Shown here: positions 40,424 to 49,648 of the stretch, in pieces | How the letters are laid out: each line of letters begins with the position of its first letter | Numbering within the stretch: the first letter of the stretch is position 1 | Assembly (NCBI GenBank): GCA_965140705.1 | Contig: OZ223300.1 | Location: 416,001-480,000 of the forward strand | DNA from: an uncultured Arcobacter sp. | GTDB taxonomy: Bacteria > Campylobacterota > Campylobacteria > Campylobacterales > Arcobacteraceae | Length of the DNA: 64,000 bases | Reading direction: 5' to 3' | The notes under the pieces: generated by a model | Seen by the model: only the letters and a program-made list of their open reading frames with translations | Told to the model about the DNA's origin: nothing | Database searches by the model: none | Translations under genes and position numbers: made by a program

Positions 40424-41755
40424 TTGAGACAAATACTTTGGTTCAGACGTGATTTAAGAATTATTGATAATAAAATTTTAGAAAAAGCATCCAATGAAGT
40501 ACTGCCTATATTTATTTTCGATAAAAATATTTTAGAAAAACTAGATTTTGATGATAAAAGGGTTACTTTTATTTATGATGCAGTATTAGCTTTAAAAAAA
40601 TCACTCCAAGAGCTTGGATTAGATTTATATATCTTTTTTGATATTCCTAAAAATGTATTTACTAAATTAAAAAATGAAGGTTTTGATGAAGTCTTATGTT
40701 CATGTGATTTTGACTCTTATTCAATAAAAAGAGATAAACAGATAAATGAAATATTGCCTTTAAAAAGATATTTAGACTCATTTTTAATCAATCCAAATAA
40801 AAACCTGAAAAAAGATGGAACACCTTATAAAGTATTTACTCCTTTTTACAAATCTCTATCTTGGTTAAGTTCATCAGATAAAATAGGTGAAGCTATGATA
40901 AATCCAAATTTAAAGTTATGTAAATATGAAAATAAAATTTCTACCTTAGAAGAGTTGGGATTTAAAAGAGCTGATTTACCAGAGTTTTTAAAAAAATCAC
41001 CACAAAACAGGTTAGATGATTTTAAAGAAAAAGTTAAAGAATATGAGAAAAATAGAGATATCTTTTACAAAGATGGAACTTCAAATTTAGGAGTTGATTT
41101 AAGATTTGGAACCCTATCTCCTAGAATGATTTTTAATGAAATAAAAAAATCAGATAAAGAAAATAGTGAAGCTTTTATTAGACAACTTTTTTGGAGAGAG
41201 TTTTATAATTATATTTTATTTCATTTTCCAAATAGTGAAAATAAAAACTGGAATGGTATTGAAATCTCTTGGAGTGAAGATGAAGAAAGTTTTCAAAAAT
41301 GGTGTGAAGGGGAAACAGGAGTACCTATAATAGATGCAGCCATGAGACATTTTAATAAAACAGGTATGATACACAATCGACTTAGAATGATTGTCTCTTC
41401 TTTTTTATGTAAAAATTTATTAATTGATTGGAAAAAAGGGGAGCAATATTTTGCAAAAAAACTGCTTGATTATGAGGCAAGCTCAAATATTGGCTCATGG
41501 CAATGGGCTGCAAGTACAGGGGCTGATAGTGTACCATATTTTAGAATCTTTAATCCATACTTACAATCAGCAAAATTTGATAAAGAAGCTATATTTATAA
41601 AAAGTGTAATACCTGAACTAAAAAATGTGGATGCCAAATTAATACATCTTGAGGGAGCTTTAAAAGATAAATATATAAGTCCAATAATAGATATTAAATA
41701 CTCAAGAGATAGGGCAATGAGAATTTTTAAAGAGGCAAAAAATGCAAAAGTATGA
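40424..41755 (+). CDS. phrB: Deoxyribodipyrimidine photolyase
   Basis: WFRRDLRIIDN, YKVFTPF, RQLFWREFY, GETGVPIIDAAMR, HNRLRMI, WQWAAS, RIFNP. Confidence 0.95.
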   Translation: MRQILWFRRDLRIIDNKILEKASNEVLPIFIFDKNILEKLDFDDKRVTFIYDAVLALKKSLQELGLDLYIFFDIPKNVFTKLKNEGFDEVLCSCDFDSYSIKRDKQINEILPLKRYLDSFLINPNKNLKKDGTPYKVFTPFYKSLSWLSSSDKIGEAMINPNLKLCKYENKISTLEELGFKRADLPEFLKKSPQNRLDDFKEKVKEYEKNRDIFYKDGTSNLGVDLRFGTLSPRMIFNEIKKSDKENSEAFIRQLFWREFYNYILFHFPNSENKNWNGIEISWSEDEESFQKWCEGETGVPIIDAAMRHFNKTGMIHNRLRMIVSSFLCKNLLIDWKKGEQYFAKKLLDYEASSNIGSWQWAASTGADSVPYFRIFNPYLQSAKFDKEAIFIKSVIPELKNVDAKLIHLEGALKDKYISPIIDIKYSRDRAMRIFKEAKNAKV

Positions 41756-43160
41756 TTTAGCAATAATTGGTTCAGGAATTGGGGGGGCATTAATAGCAGC
41801 ACTAAATAAAGATAAAAGTCATATTCTTTTTGAAAAAGATTCTAATCTTGGGGGATGTGCTAGTACTTTTAAAAGATTTGGGAATTATTATAATACAGGA
41901 GCTACAACTTTTGTAGGATATGAAGAAAATCATATTTTAAAAAATATGTTTGATAAAATCAAATATGTCCCAAATATCTCTGAATCAAAAATCGCAATAA
42001 GAACAATACAAAATAAAAAAGTAGTAGATAGAGTAAGAGACTTTGAAGAGTTTTTAGCCCAAATAGAAGAAAATTATCCAAATGAAAATAATAGAGTTTT
42101 TTGGGAAAAAATAAAAGATATTGATGAGAAGTTTTGGCAAATCAAGGATATATATTTTGCAAAATATAGTTTGCATTCTTATATAAAATCTTTGAGTACT
42201 TTTAAAAATATGATAAAAGTTTTTAAGCTGGATTTATTTAAAAGTGCAAGCTCTTTTATTAAAGAAAACTTGGGAGAAATAACACAAGAATATCAAAGTT
42301 TTATAGATGCCCAACTTCTTATTACTGTGCAAAGCAAATCAAAAGATATCTCTTTATTATCTATGGCTTTAGGCTTATCTTACCCTTTTCATAAAGTGTT
42401 TTATGTAAATAATGGCATGGGTTCAATTATAGAAGATATACTAAAAGAAGTAAATGTTCATAAAAAAGAAGAGATACTAAAAATCAAAAAATCAAAAGAT
42501 TCGTATTTTATTAATTCATCAAAAGGTGAATATCAAGCAAAAAATATTGTACTAAATACAACTATTTATGATAGTAAAAATTTTTTTGGAGAAAAAATAA
42601 AAAAATATTATGAAAAGTTTGAGTTTAGTGATCAAAGTGCTTTTACAAGCTATCTTACAATTAATAGTAAAGAGAAGTTTTTAGAACACTATCAAATCAT
42701 ATTAAAGCCTGATATTCCAAATTGCATCTCCAATTCATTTTTTATCTCTTTTTCAAAACTAAGTGATGAGAAAATGAGTCAAAATGGATATAGTGTAACT
42801 ATTTCAACTCATACAAAAGTTAGTACTTGGAAAGCCTTATCAAAGGATGATTATAAAAAACAAAAAGAGCTGACACAAAACTTTATATTAGAGCATTTTT
42901 TAGATTATTTTGATAACATAAGTTCAGAACAAATAACAAAAATATTTTCTGCTACTTGTTTGACTTTTCAAAGATTTATAGGAAGAGCAAATTGTGGTGG
43001 GAAAGCTATAAATATAAAGTCAGCTTTGCAAATCCCTTCTTGTAAAACACCTTTTGAAGGTTTATATAATGTGGGGGATACAGTATTTGCTGGTCAAGGT
43101 TGGCCAGGAGTTGCTTTGGGCGTAAATATATTAAATAAGGAGCTAAATGAAAAGCTTTGA
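41742..43160 (+). CDS. FAD oxidoreductase, phytoene desaturase/CrtD-like family
   Basis: IIGSGIGG, GGCASTFKR, GLYNVGDTVFAGQGWPGV. Confidence 0.85.
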   Translation: MQKYDLAIIGSGIGGALIAALNKDKSHILFEKDSNLGGCASTFKRFGNYYNTGATTFVGYEENHILKNMFDKIKYVPNISESKIAIRTIQNKKVVDRVRDFEEFLAQIEENYPNENNRVFWEKIKDIDEKFWQIKDIYFAKYSLHSYIKSLSTFKNMIKVFKLDLFKSASSFIKENLGEITQEYQSFIDAQLLITVQSKSKDISLLSMALGLSYPFHKVFYVNNGMGSIIEDILKEVNVHKKEEILKIKKSKDSYFINSSKGEYQAKNIVLNTTIYDSKNFFGEKIKKYYEKFEFSDQSAFTSYLTINSKEKFLEHYQIILKPDIPNCISNSFFISFSKLSDEKMSQNGYSVTISTHTKVSTWKALSKDDYKKQKELTQNFILEHFLDYFDNISSEQITKIFSATCLTFQRFIGRANCGGKAINIKSALQIPSCKTPFEGLYNVGDTVFAGQGWPGVALGVNILNKELNEKL

Positions 43161-44136
43161 ATTACAAATTTCTTATAAAGACTGGCTTTATATAATCATT
43201 ATAGGAATACTTTTTGGTTTTTTGATTTCTTTAGTTTTTTATTATACAAATGAAGAGATTAGATATCTATCAACTATTGCTTTTAGTACTTCATGCGCTT
43301 TTTTTATCTCTTTCTTTTCTTTTTTATTTATTTCCATTTCAAATTTTTATATTTTGCCAAATGTTAAAAAAAGATATTGGTATTTTATTAGTTTTATATT
43401 CTCTTTTTTAGCTGGGTGGTGTGGGTTTTCTTTGACTTATATTTTATTTAGTGATAGCTATCCAATAGTAAAATTAATATCACAATATTGGCTAGATATT
43501 AGTACAACTATTGGATTATTAACTTTTTTGATTGGTTTGATATTGCATCAATTTATTTCTATGAAATATAAGAATGAAATAACTCATAGTGAGATATTAC
43601 AAACAAAATTACAAGCTTTGGAGGGTGAGTTAAATCCCCACTTTTTATTTAATGCTTTGAATTCTATTTCAGAACTTATATATCAAGATCAAAAAAAAGC
43701 AGAAGAGTCAGTTCTAAAATTATCAAAATTTTTAAGAAATGCCATTACAAAAAAGGGTTTGATTGATTTAAAAAGTGAAATTGATATGTTAAATACATAT
43801 TTACATATAGAGAATATAAGATTTGATAAAAAAATAGTTTTTAATCTAAATTGTGATGAAAAATATTATGATATGCTTTTACCAAAATTCTCCATCCAAC
43901 TTCTTGTAGAAAATGCAATAAAACATGGTTTTACAGGAGAGAGTTTGATTATTGATGTGAATGTAACTGATAAAAAAATAGAAGTAATAAATAGCGGGAA
44001 AGTTACTTCTAAAGTTACCTTTGGAGTGGGATTAAATAATTTGCAAAAAAGATTACAAATACTTAAAATTGGATATTTAAAAAGTTCAATAGAAGATAAT
44101 AAAATGAAATTTACAATATATAGGAGTAATAGATGA
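43147..44136 (+). CDS. LytS/YehU-type sensor histidine kinase
   Basis: About 4 N-terminal TM helices; LNPHFLFNALNSI, IENIRF, QLLVENAIKHG, GVGLNNL. Confidence 0.93.
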   Translation: MKSFELQISYKDWLYIIIIGILFGFLISLVFYYTNEEIRYLSTIAFSTSCAFFISFFSFLFISISNFYILPNVKKRYWYFISFIFSFLAGWCGFSLTYILFSDSYPIVKLISQYWLDISTTIGLLTFLIGLILHQFISMKYKNEITHSEILQTKLQALEGELNPHFLFNALNSISELIYQDQKKAEESVLKLSKFLRNAITKKGLIDLKSEIDMLNTYLHIENIRFDKKIVFNLNCDEKYYDMLLPKFSIQLLVENAIKHGFTGESLIIDVNVTDKKIEVINSGKVTSKVTFGVGLNNLQKRLQILKIGYLKSSIEDNKMKFTIYRSNR

Positions 44137-44843
44137 AAGTAATGATAGTAGATGATGAAAAGCTAGCTCTTAGTAGATTGACAAGACTTCTAAATGAAGA
44201 AGGAATAGAAGATATTGTAAGTTTTGATTCTCCAAGTCTTGCTTTAGTAGAAGCAACAAAAAATAAGTTTGATGTAGTTTTTTTGGATATTTCAATGCCA
44301 CAAATGAATGGTTTGGAACTAGCTAATGTTATTTTATCTATGGAGCCTAAGACTTTTATTGTATTTCAAACAGCATATAGTGAGTATGCAATAGAGGCTT
44401 TTAAAATTGGTGGAATAGATTATTTAATGAAACCAATAGAGAGTGATGACATAAAAAGAGTAATAGAAAAAATAAAAAGTTTTAAACAATCAAGTGACGC
44501 AAGTGATGAAAAACTTTTAGGGAAAAGAGGAAATAAAATATATTTAATCAAACTTGATGATATATATTTTATAAAAGCAGATCTTGATGAAGTGCTTGTT
44601 CGTATAAAAGATGCAGATGTTTATGTAAAAAGAAAAATTGGAGATTTAGAAAAACTTTTAGATAAAAAGAAGTTTTTTAGAATACATCGCTCAATTATTG
44701 TAAATGTGGACAAAATAAAATCAATGGAGAGTGTAGAACAGTCAAAATTGACTATTAGCTTTGAAAATATTGATTCCGTAGTTACTAGTTCTAAAGATGG
44801 AGCTAAAGAGTTTAGAGAATATTTAGAAAGAAGAAGTCTTTAA
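44133..44843 (+). CDS. LytTR-family response regulator
   Basis: VDDE, FLDISMP, DYLMKP, FFRIHRSIIVN. Confidence 0.95.
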   Translation: MKVMIVDDEKLALSRLTRLLNEEGIEDIVSFDSPSLALVEATKNKFDVVFLDISMPQMNGLELANVILSMEPKTFIVFQTAYSEYAIEAFKIGGIDYLMKPIESDDIKRVIEKIKSFKQSSDASDEKLLGKRGNKIYLIKLDDIYFIKADLDEVLVRIKDADVYVKRKIGDLEKLLDKKKFFRIHRSIIVNVDKIKSMESVEQSKLTISFENIDSVVTSSKDGAKEFREYLERRSL

Positions 44844-44847
44844 ACTG

Positions 44848-44888
44848 ACAAAAAACAACTACTAATCCTTTTGTTTTGATGATAAACT
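44848..44888 (+). promoter_or_regulatory. Conserved 19-bp motif + -10, glutathione peroxidase promoter
   Basis: ACAAAAAACAACTACTAAT-N16-TAAACT, with extended TG. Confidence 0.75.
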
Positions 44889-44909
44889 TTTCAAAATAGA
44901 AGGATTAGC

Positions 44910-45443
44910 ATGAAAAAATTATTATCAACACTACTTTTCTTTATTCCTATACTAGGAATCTCACAAACATCAATTTATGATTTTAAAGTTAAAACAATAG
45001 ACAATAAAGAGATATCTTTATCAAAATACAAAAATAGAGTTATGTTAATAGTCAATGTTGCTAGTAAGTGTGGCTTTACTTACCAATATGAAGGTTTAGA
45101 AAAATTGCACGAAAAATACTCTTCAAAGGGTTTAAGTATTTTAGGTTTTCCTTGTAATCAATTTTTAAATCAAGAACCAGGAACAAATAAAGATATAAAA
45201 GAGTTTTGTTCTTTAACTTATCAAGTAAAATTTGACATGTTTTCAAAAATAGATGTAAATGGTGATGATGCTTCACCTTTATATAAATATTTAAAATCAT
45301 CTCAATCAGGACTATTTGGTACAGGCCTTATAAAATGGAACTTCACAAAGTTTTTAGTTGATAGAACTGGAAAAGTAATAAAAAGATACTCACCTTCAAC
45401 AAATCCAAGTGAAATTGAAGATGATATAAAAGAGTTATTATGA
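44910..45443 (+). CDS. Glutathione peroxidase family (Cys type), likely exported
   Basis: NVASKCGFT, GFPCNQF, IKWNFTKFLVD; signal-like N-terminus. Confidence 0.94.
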   Translation: MKKLLSTLLFFIPILGISQTSIYDFKVKTIDNKEISLSKYKNRVMLIVNVASKCGFTYQYEGLEKLHEKYSSKGLSILGFPCNQFLNQEPGTNKDIKEFCSLTYQVKFDMFSKIDVNGDDASPLYKYLKSSQSGLFGTGLIKWNFTKFLVDRTGKVIKRYSPSTNPSEIEDDIKELL

Positions 45444-45895
45444 AAAGATATGAAAAAACATCACTCATCTCGTGCTCATTAGATGAATTATTTGAGTTTC
45501 ATTTAGACTCAAATAATATAAAAAGAATCACTCCAAAAGATACAAAAGTAGAACTTCTAAGTAAAAATTTTGTGCCAGCTGAAGGCAAAGTTTTACAAAT
45601 AAAAACTACAAAATTTTGTATACCAACTTTATGGGAAGTTGAGATTAGTTTGATAAAAAAACCAAATATGTTAGTTGATACAGCAATTCGCTCACCCTTT
45701 GAGTTTTGGAGACATTCTCATATCTTTACAAAAAAAGGAAATGTTTGTGAATTAAAAGATGTGATTGAATATGAAATGCCATTTGGCTTTATTGGAAATA
45801 TTTTTTCTGGTTTTATGGAAAAACAACTTGATAATATGTTTTCATATAGACATAAACAAACAAAGATGATATTAGAAAAGAAGGATGAAGATTGA
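45440..45895 (+). CDS. SRPBCC (START-like) family protein
   Basis: LFEFH...ITP, PFEFWRHSHIF, DVIEYEMPFG, MFSYRH. Confidence 0.85.
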   Translation: MKRYEKTSLISCSLDELFEFHLDSNNIKRITPKDTKVELLSKNFVPAEGKVLQIKTTKFCIPTLWEVEISLIKKPNMLVDTAIRSPFEFWRHSHIFTKKGNVCELKDVIEYEMPFGFIGNIFSGFMEKQLDNMFSYRHKQTKMILEKKDED

Positions 45896-46824
45896 AAAAA
45901 GCAGTAGTGCTCATGAATATGGGTGGCCCAAATAATTTAGATGAAGTAAAAGTTTTTTTGACAAATATGTTTAATGATAAATATATAATAGGTGCACCAC
46001 AGCCTATAAGAGCTATGATAGGATTTTTGATTACAAGTATGAGAGAAAAAGAGGCTAAAAAAAACTACGCTTTACTTGGAGGAATGTCTCCAATAGTAGG
46101 TCATACAAAAAGACTTGTTAGAAGATTAAATGAAAGAATAGAAGATAAGGATGTCTTTTATGCTATGAGATATACTCCACCTTTTTCAGAAGAGGTAGTA
46201 AAAGAGCTAAAAGAGTATGATGAGATTATTACTTTTCCTATGTATCCACATTATTCTAGTACAACTACAAAGTCTTCAATTGAAGACTTTCAAAAGGCTT
46301 TAAAAAAGGCAAATATAAATATTCCTGTTAAGACGGTAGAGAGTTATTATGACAATGAAAAATATAATAAGGTAATAGTTGAGAGAATAAAAGAGAGATT
46401 AGATGGAGATAACTCAGAAGAGTTTGAATTAGTCTTTTCAGCCCATGGACTTACCCAAAGGGTTATTGACAAAGGTGATTTATATCAAAAACATATTTTA
46501 GCAAATGTTGAATATGCAAAAAAAGAGTTAGAAAAACAAGGAATAAAGTTCAAAGATATACATGTAGCTTATCAATCAAGACTTGGTCCTATGGAGTGGC
46601 TTAGACCTTATATGGATGATAAGTTAAGAGAACTTGGAGATAAAGTTTTAGTCTATCCTATATCATTTACAGTAGATAATTCAGAAACAGAATTTGAACT
46701 TGTAATGGAGTATAAAGAGATAGCTGATGAGGTAGGAATAAAAGATTATAGAGTTGCACGTGCTCCAAATCATCATCCACTTTTTATGGAAGCGTTAAGT
46801 GAGCTTTTTGAGCAGGCAGTATAA
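45892..46824 (+). CDS. hemH: Ferrochelatase
   Basis: LMNMGGP, AMRYTPP, YPHYSSTT, FSAHGL, YQSRLGPMEWLRP, SFTVDNSET. Confidence 0.96.
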   Translation: MKKAVVLMNMGGPNNLDEVKVFLTNMFNDKYIIGAPQPIRAMIGFLITSMREKEAKKNYALLGGMSPIVGHTKRLVRRLNERIEDKDVFYAMRYTPPFSEEVVKELKEYDEIITFPMYPHYSSTTTKSSIEDFQKALKKANINIPVKTVESYYDNEKYNKVIVERIKERLDGDNSEEFELVFSAHGLTQRVIDKGDLYQKHILANVEYAKKELEKQGIKFKDIHVAYQSRLGPMEWLRPYMDDKLRELGDKVLVYPISFTVDNSETEFELVMEYKEIADEVGIKDYRVARAPNHHPLFMEALSELFEQAV

Positions 46825-46825
46825 A

Positions 46826-48361
46826 TTACTTGTAAAAAAGTTTTATAATACCTGCTAAAAATAATACTAAAGCAAAGCTTTTTAAATCTTTGTCATACAA
46901 AAGAATAAAAAAGCTAGATAGAATTAGAATTAAAGAGTTTGTGATTCCTTTTACATAGCTTTTTAACTCTTTTGCTAAATACTCAATTTGATTATTTGAA
47001 ACTTCAATTTGTAAAGTTCCCTCACTAGCTTTTTTTACTACATTCTTTAACTCTTTTACAAAAAATGGTAAATCTTTTACTTCATCAATAATTGTCTCCG
47101 TTATTGTATCTTTTGCCCCAAGGGCTTTTGGAAGATTATTTTGCAAGATTGGTAGGATATCTTTTATTCCATTGAAATTTTCTATATAAGTAGTTCCTAA
47201 TCCTTCTACAATAGCACTAACTCTTAAGATATAAATAGCATCACTTGGTAGTTTAAAAGGCATATTTCTAGTTGTTTCTAAAATCTCAAAGGCAAGTTTT
47301 TGCATAGATTCACTACTTAAATTATCATTTGAAAATATATCAAACATATTTGAAGTAAACTCTGCAAGTTCTGAAGTAGGGGCTTCATATGATATGGTTC
47401 CAAGCCTTTTACTAGCAGCAATATAGAGTTCATAATTTTGTTCATTGGCTGCTTTTATTAACTCAATTATTGCTATTCTTTTATCATTTGGTACAGTTTT
47501 TACCATCCCAAAATCAAGTAAAATAAGTTCACCTTTTTTATTTACTAGTAAATTCCCAGGATGGGGATCTGCATGGAAGTATCCATTTATAAGCATTTGA
47601 GTAGTATAAAAATCAACTAATTTTGCAATGATATTTTTAAAATCTATTTTGTGTTTAAAGATATTTTCTTTATCATCAAATCTAAATCCCTCTTCATAAC
47701 TCATAACAATAGCATCATCGCTACAATACTCTTCATATGGCTTAGGAAACTTTATACCACTATTTTCATATACATGAGAAAATTTTTTTAGATTTGATAA
47801 CTCTTTATTTAAAGATACTTCTTCTTGTATCATCTTTGAAAACTCAACAATAACAGCTTCTATAGAGTTTTTAGTATAGTGTGAAAATAGGGGTTTAAAT
47901 AAAAAATTAAAAAAGCTTATGATTTTTATATCAGCTAAAATTTGTTTTTTTATGCCATCTCTTCTTAATTTTACAGCAACTTTTTCTCCACTATTTAAAT
48001 ATGCCACATGAACTTGTCCGATAGAAGCAGAAGCTATGGCATTTTTATCAAAGCTTTTGAAAGTAAGATTTTTAAAGGCCTTATTATAAATTTTTTCATA
48101 ACTTTTTTCATTCATTGGTGGGATTTGGTCATGGAGGTTTTTTAACTCATCAAGATAATCTTTTGAAAAAAAATCAGACCTAGTAGCCAATACTTGAGCT
48201 AGTTTTATAAAACTAGCCCCAAGTTTAACAATAGTATTTTTTAAACTTTTTGGTTTTAGTGGTTTTAAAAATAAAAAGCTCTCTTTTCTTTTTATAACTA
48301 AATAAATTGTTAATAAAAAGAAAAATACACTTAGTATTCTTTTGGGTGAATAATTATTTAT
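46826..48361 (-). CDS. ABC1/UbiB/AarF family kinase
   Basis: LGASFIKLAQVLATRSD (upstream of the ORF-track TTG), ASASIGQVH, VAVK, HADPHPGN, LDFG. Start inferred at ATA 48361 after GAGGA. Confidence 0.88.
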   Translation of the reverse strand: MNNYSPKRILSVFFFLLTIYLVIKRKESFLFLKPLKPKSLKNTIVKLGASFIKLAQVLATRSDFFSKDYLDELKNLHDQIPPMNEKSYEKIYNKAFKNLTFKSFDKNAIASASIGQVHVAYLNSGEKVAVKLRRDGIKKQILADIKIISFFNFLFKPLFSHYTKNSIEAVIVEFSKMIQEEVSLNKELSNLKKFSHVYENSGIKFPKPYEEYCSDDAIVMSYEEGFRFDDKENIFKHKIDFKNIIAKLVDFYTTQMLINGYFHADPHPGNLLVNKKGELILLDFGMVKTVPNDKRIAIIELIKAANEQNYELYIAASKRLGTISYEAPTSELAEFTSNMFDIFSNDNLSSESMQKLAFEILETTRNMPFKLPSDAIYILRVSAIVEGLGTTYIENFNGIKDILPILQNNLPKALGAKDTITETIIDEVKDLPFFVKELKNVVKKASEGTLQIEVSNNQIEYLAKELKSYVKGITNSLILILSSFFILLYDKDLKSFALVLFLAGIIKLFYK

Positions 48362-48621
48362 TTTAAATCCTCTTTTAATTTTTCTAAGTCCTCTTTTGTA
48401 GCAAGTCCTAGTTCATCAATTACTTCTTTTAAGATTCTTTTTATTTCATCTTTTGCTTTTTTTTCTTCGTCTTTACCTTTTTGTTCAAGGGATTCTAAAA
48501 AGCTTTTTGCATCATCTTTTTTTAACTTACCTTTTTTCTCTAAGGCTTTTATCTCTTCTTCAACTTTTTCTCTAATAACAGCTGCTGCACCAAAACCAGT
48601 ATTTAATAATTCTTTTAGCAT
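48358..48621 (-). CDS. Small coiled-coil phasin-like protein
   Basis: TGFGAA...LEKKGKLKKDDAK...LGLATKEDL pattern; AAGGA RBS; 4-nt overlap with the inferred ABC1 kinase start. Confidence 0.75.
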   Translation of the reverse strand: MLKELLNTGFGAAAVIREKVEEEIKALEKKGKLKKDDAKSFLESLEQKGKDEEKKAKDEIKRILKEVIDELGLATKEDLEKLKEDLK

Positions 48622-48661
48622 TTTAATATCCTTTTTTATTTTTATACTTCTGTAATTATAT

Positions 48662-48702
48662 AGTATAAAACAATAATATCTGTATTGGTAGTAGAAAAAT
48701 GT
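48662..48702 (-). promoter_or_regulatory. Conserved 19-bp motif + -10, phasin/ABC1 promoter
   Basis: Minus strand ACATTTTTCTACTACCAAT-N16-TATACT. Confidence 0.65.
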
Positions 48703-49472
48703 TAATTAATAATTTTTCCTGCTACCTTATGGGCGATTGGACCTTTTCCTGCACCTAAACTTGGGGCATTTTTTATTGCATGAAAAATAAATTCTTTCGA
48801 GATACTAATTGATTCCTCAAGTGTTTTTCCAAGAGCTAGATTTGCAGCAATTGCACTTGAAAAACTGCAACCCGTTCCATGGGTATTTGAGGTATCTATA
48901 AAATCAGATTGAAAAATCTTTTTTTGCCCATTTTTGTAAAATAATATATCTATAGAAACTTTTTTATTATCTGTTTGTTCGGTGTGATTTTTTATTAAAA
49001 CTTCACAAGGTATATTAGATATCTCTTTTAAAGCATCATTTCCAAAAAGTTCTTTTGCTTCATATAAGTTTGGAGTAGTAACTTTTGAATATGGAAACAG
49101 AGTTTTTAGATTTTCAATTGCATCTTCATTTAAAAGTTTTGAACCAGCTTTTGATACAAAAACAGGATCAAATACTATAGGAATATTTAAATCTTTTATA
49201 GAGTCTCTAACTACATCAATAATATCATTTGAAAAAAGCATTCCAATTTTTATGCAAGCTACATCAAAATCATCTAAAATTGCATCAATTTGGTCTTTGA
49301 TAAAAGATGGACTTACTTCTTGAATATTCGTTACACCTTTTGTATTTTGAGCAGTTAAAACAGTAAGCACACTACAACCAAAAACACCAAATGCCTCAAA
49401 GGTTTTTAAATCAGCTTGAATACCTGCTCCTGCGCTACAATCACTTCCTGCTATGGATAAAACTACTTTCAA
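48702..49472 (-). CDS. thiD: Hydroxymethylpyrimidine/phosphomethylpyrimidine kinase
   Basis: SIAGSD.SAGAGIQADLKTF, TAQNT, KIGML, TPNLYEA, THGTGC. Confidence 0.96.
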   Translation of the reverse strand: MKVVLSIAGSDCSAGAGIQADLKTFEAFGVFGCSVLTVLTAQNTKGVTNIQEVSPSFIKDQIDAILDDFDVACIKIGMLFSNDIIDVVRDSIKDLNIPIVFDPVFVSKAGSKLLNEDAIENLKTLFPYSKVTTPNLYEAKELFGNDALKEISNIPCEVLIKNHTEQTDNKKVSIDILFYKNGQKKIFQSDFIDTSNTHGTGCSFSSAIAANLALGKTLEESISISKEFIFHAIKNAPSLGAGKGPIAHKVAGKIIN

Positions 49473-49648
49473 TTTATTTCCTTTATATGTTTTCTAATTC
49501 TACTGAAATTATCATTATGGTAGGAAAAGAAACAAAATAATTAAAATAAATATTGTAGAAATAATAATTAAACTTATTTTAATAAAAGGAAAGGTTTTTA
49601 TGCTACAATTTAGACACAGTTTATGAAGTAAAAATAAAAGGGGATTGA

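Noticed and set aside
44910..45443. Selenocysteine glutathione peroxidase
   Set aside because: Active-site codon is TGT (Cys); no in-frame TGA.
49473..49648. TPP riboswitch upstream of thiD
   Set aside because: No CTGAGA core or GC-rich stems visible on the minus strand.
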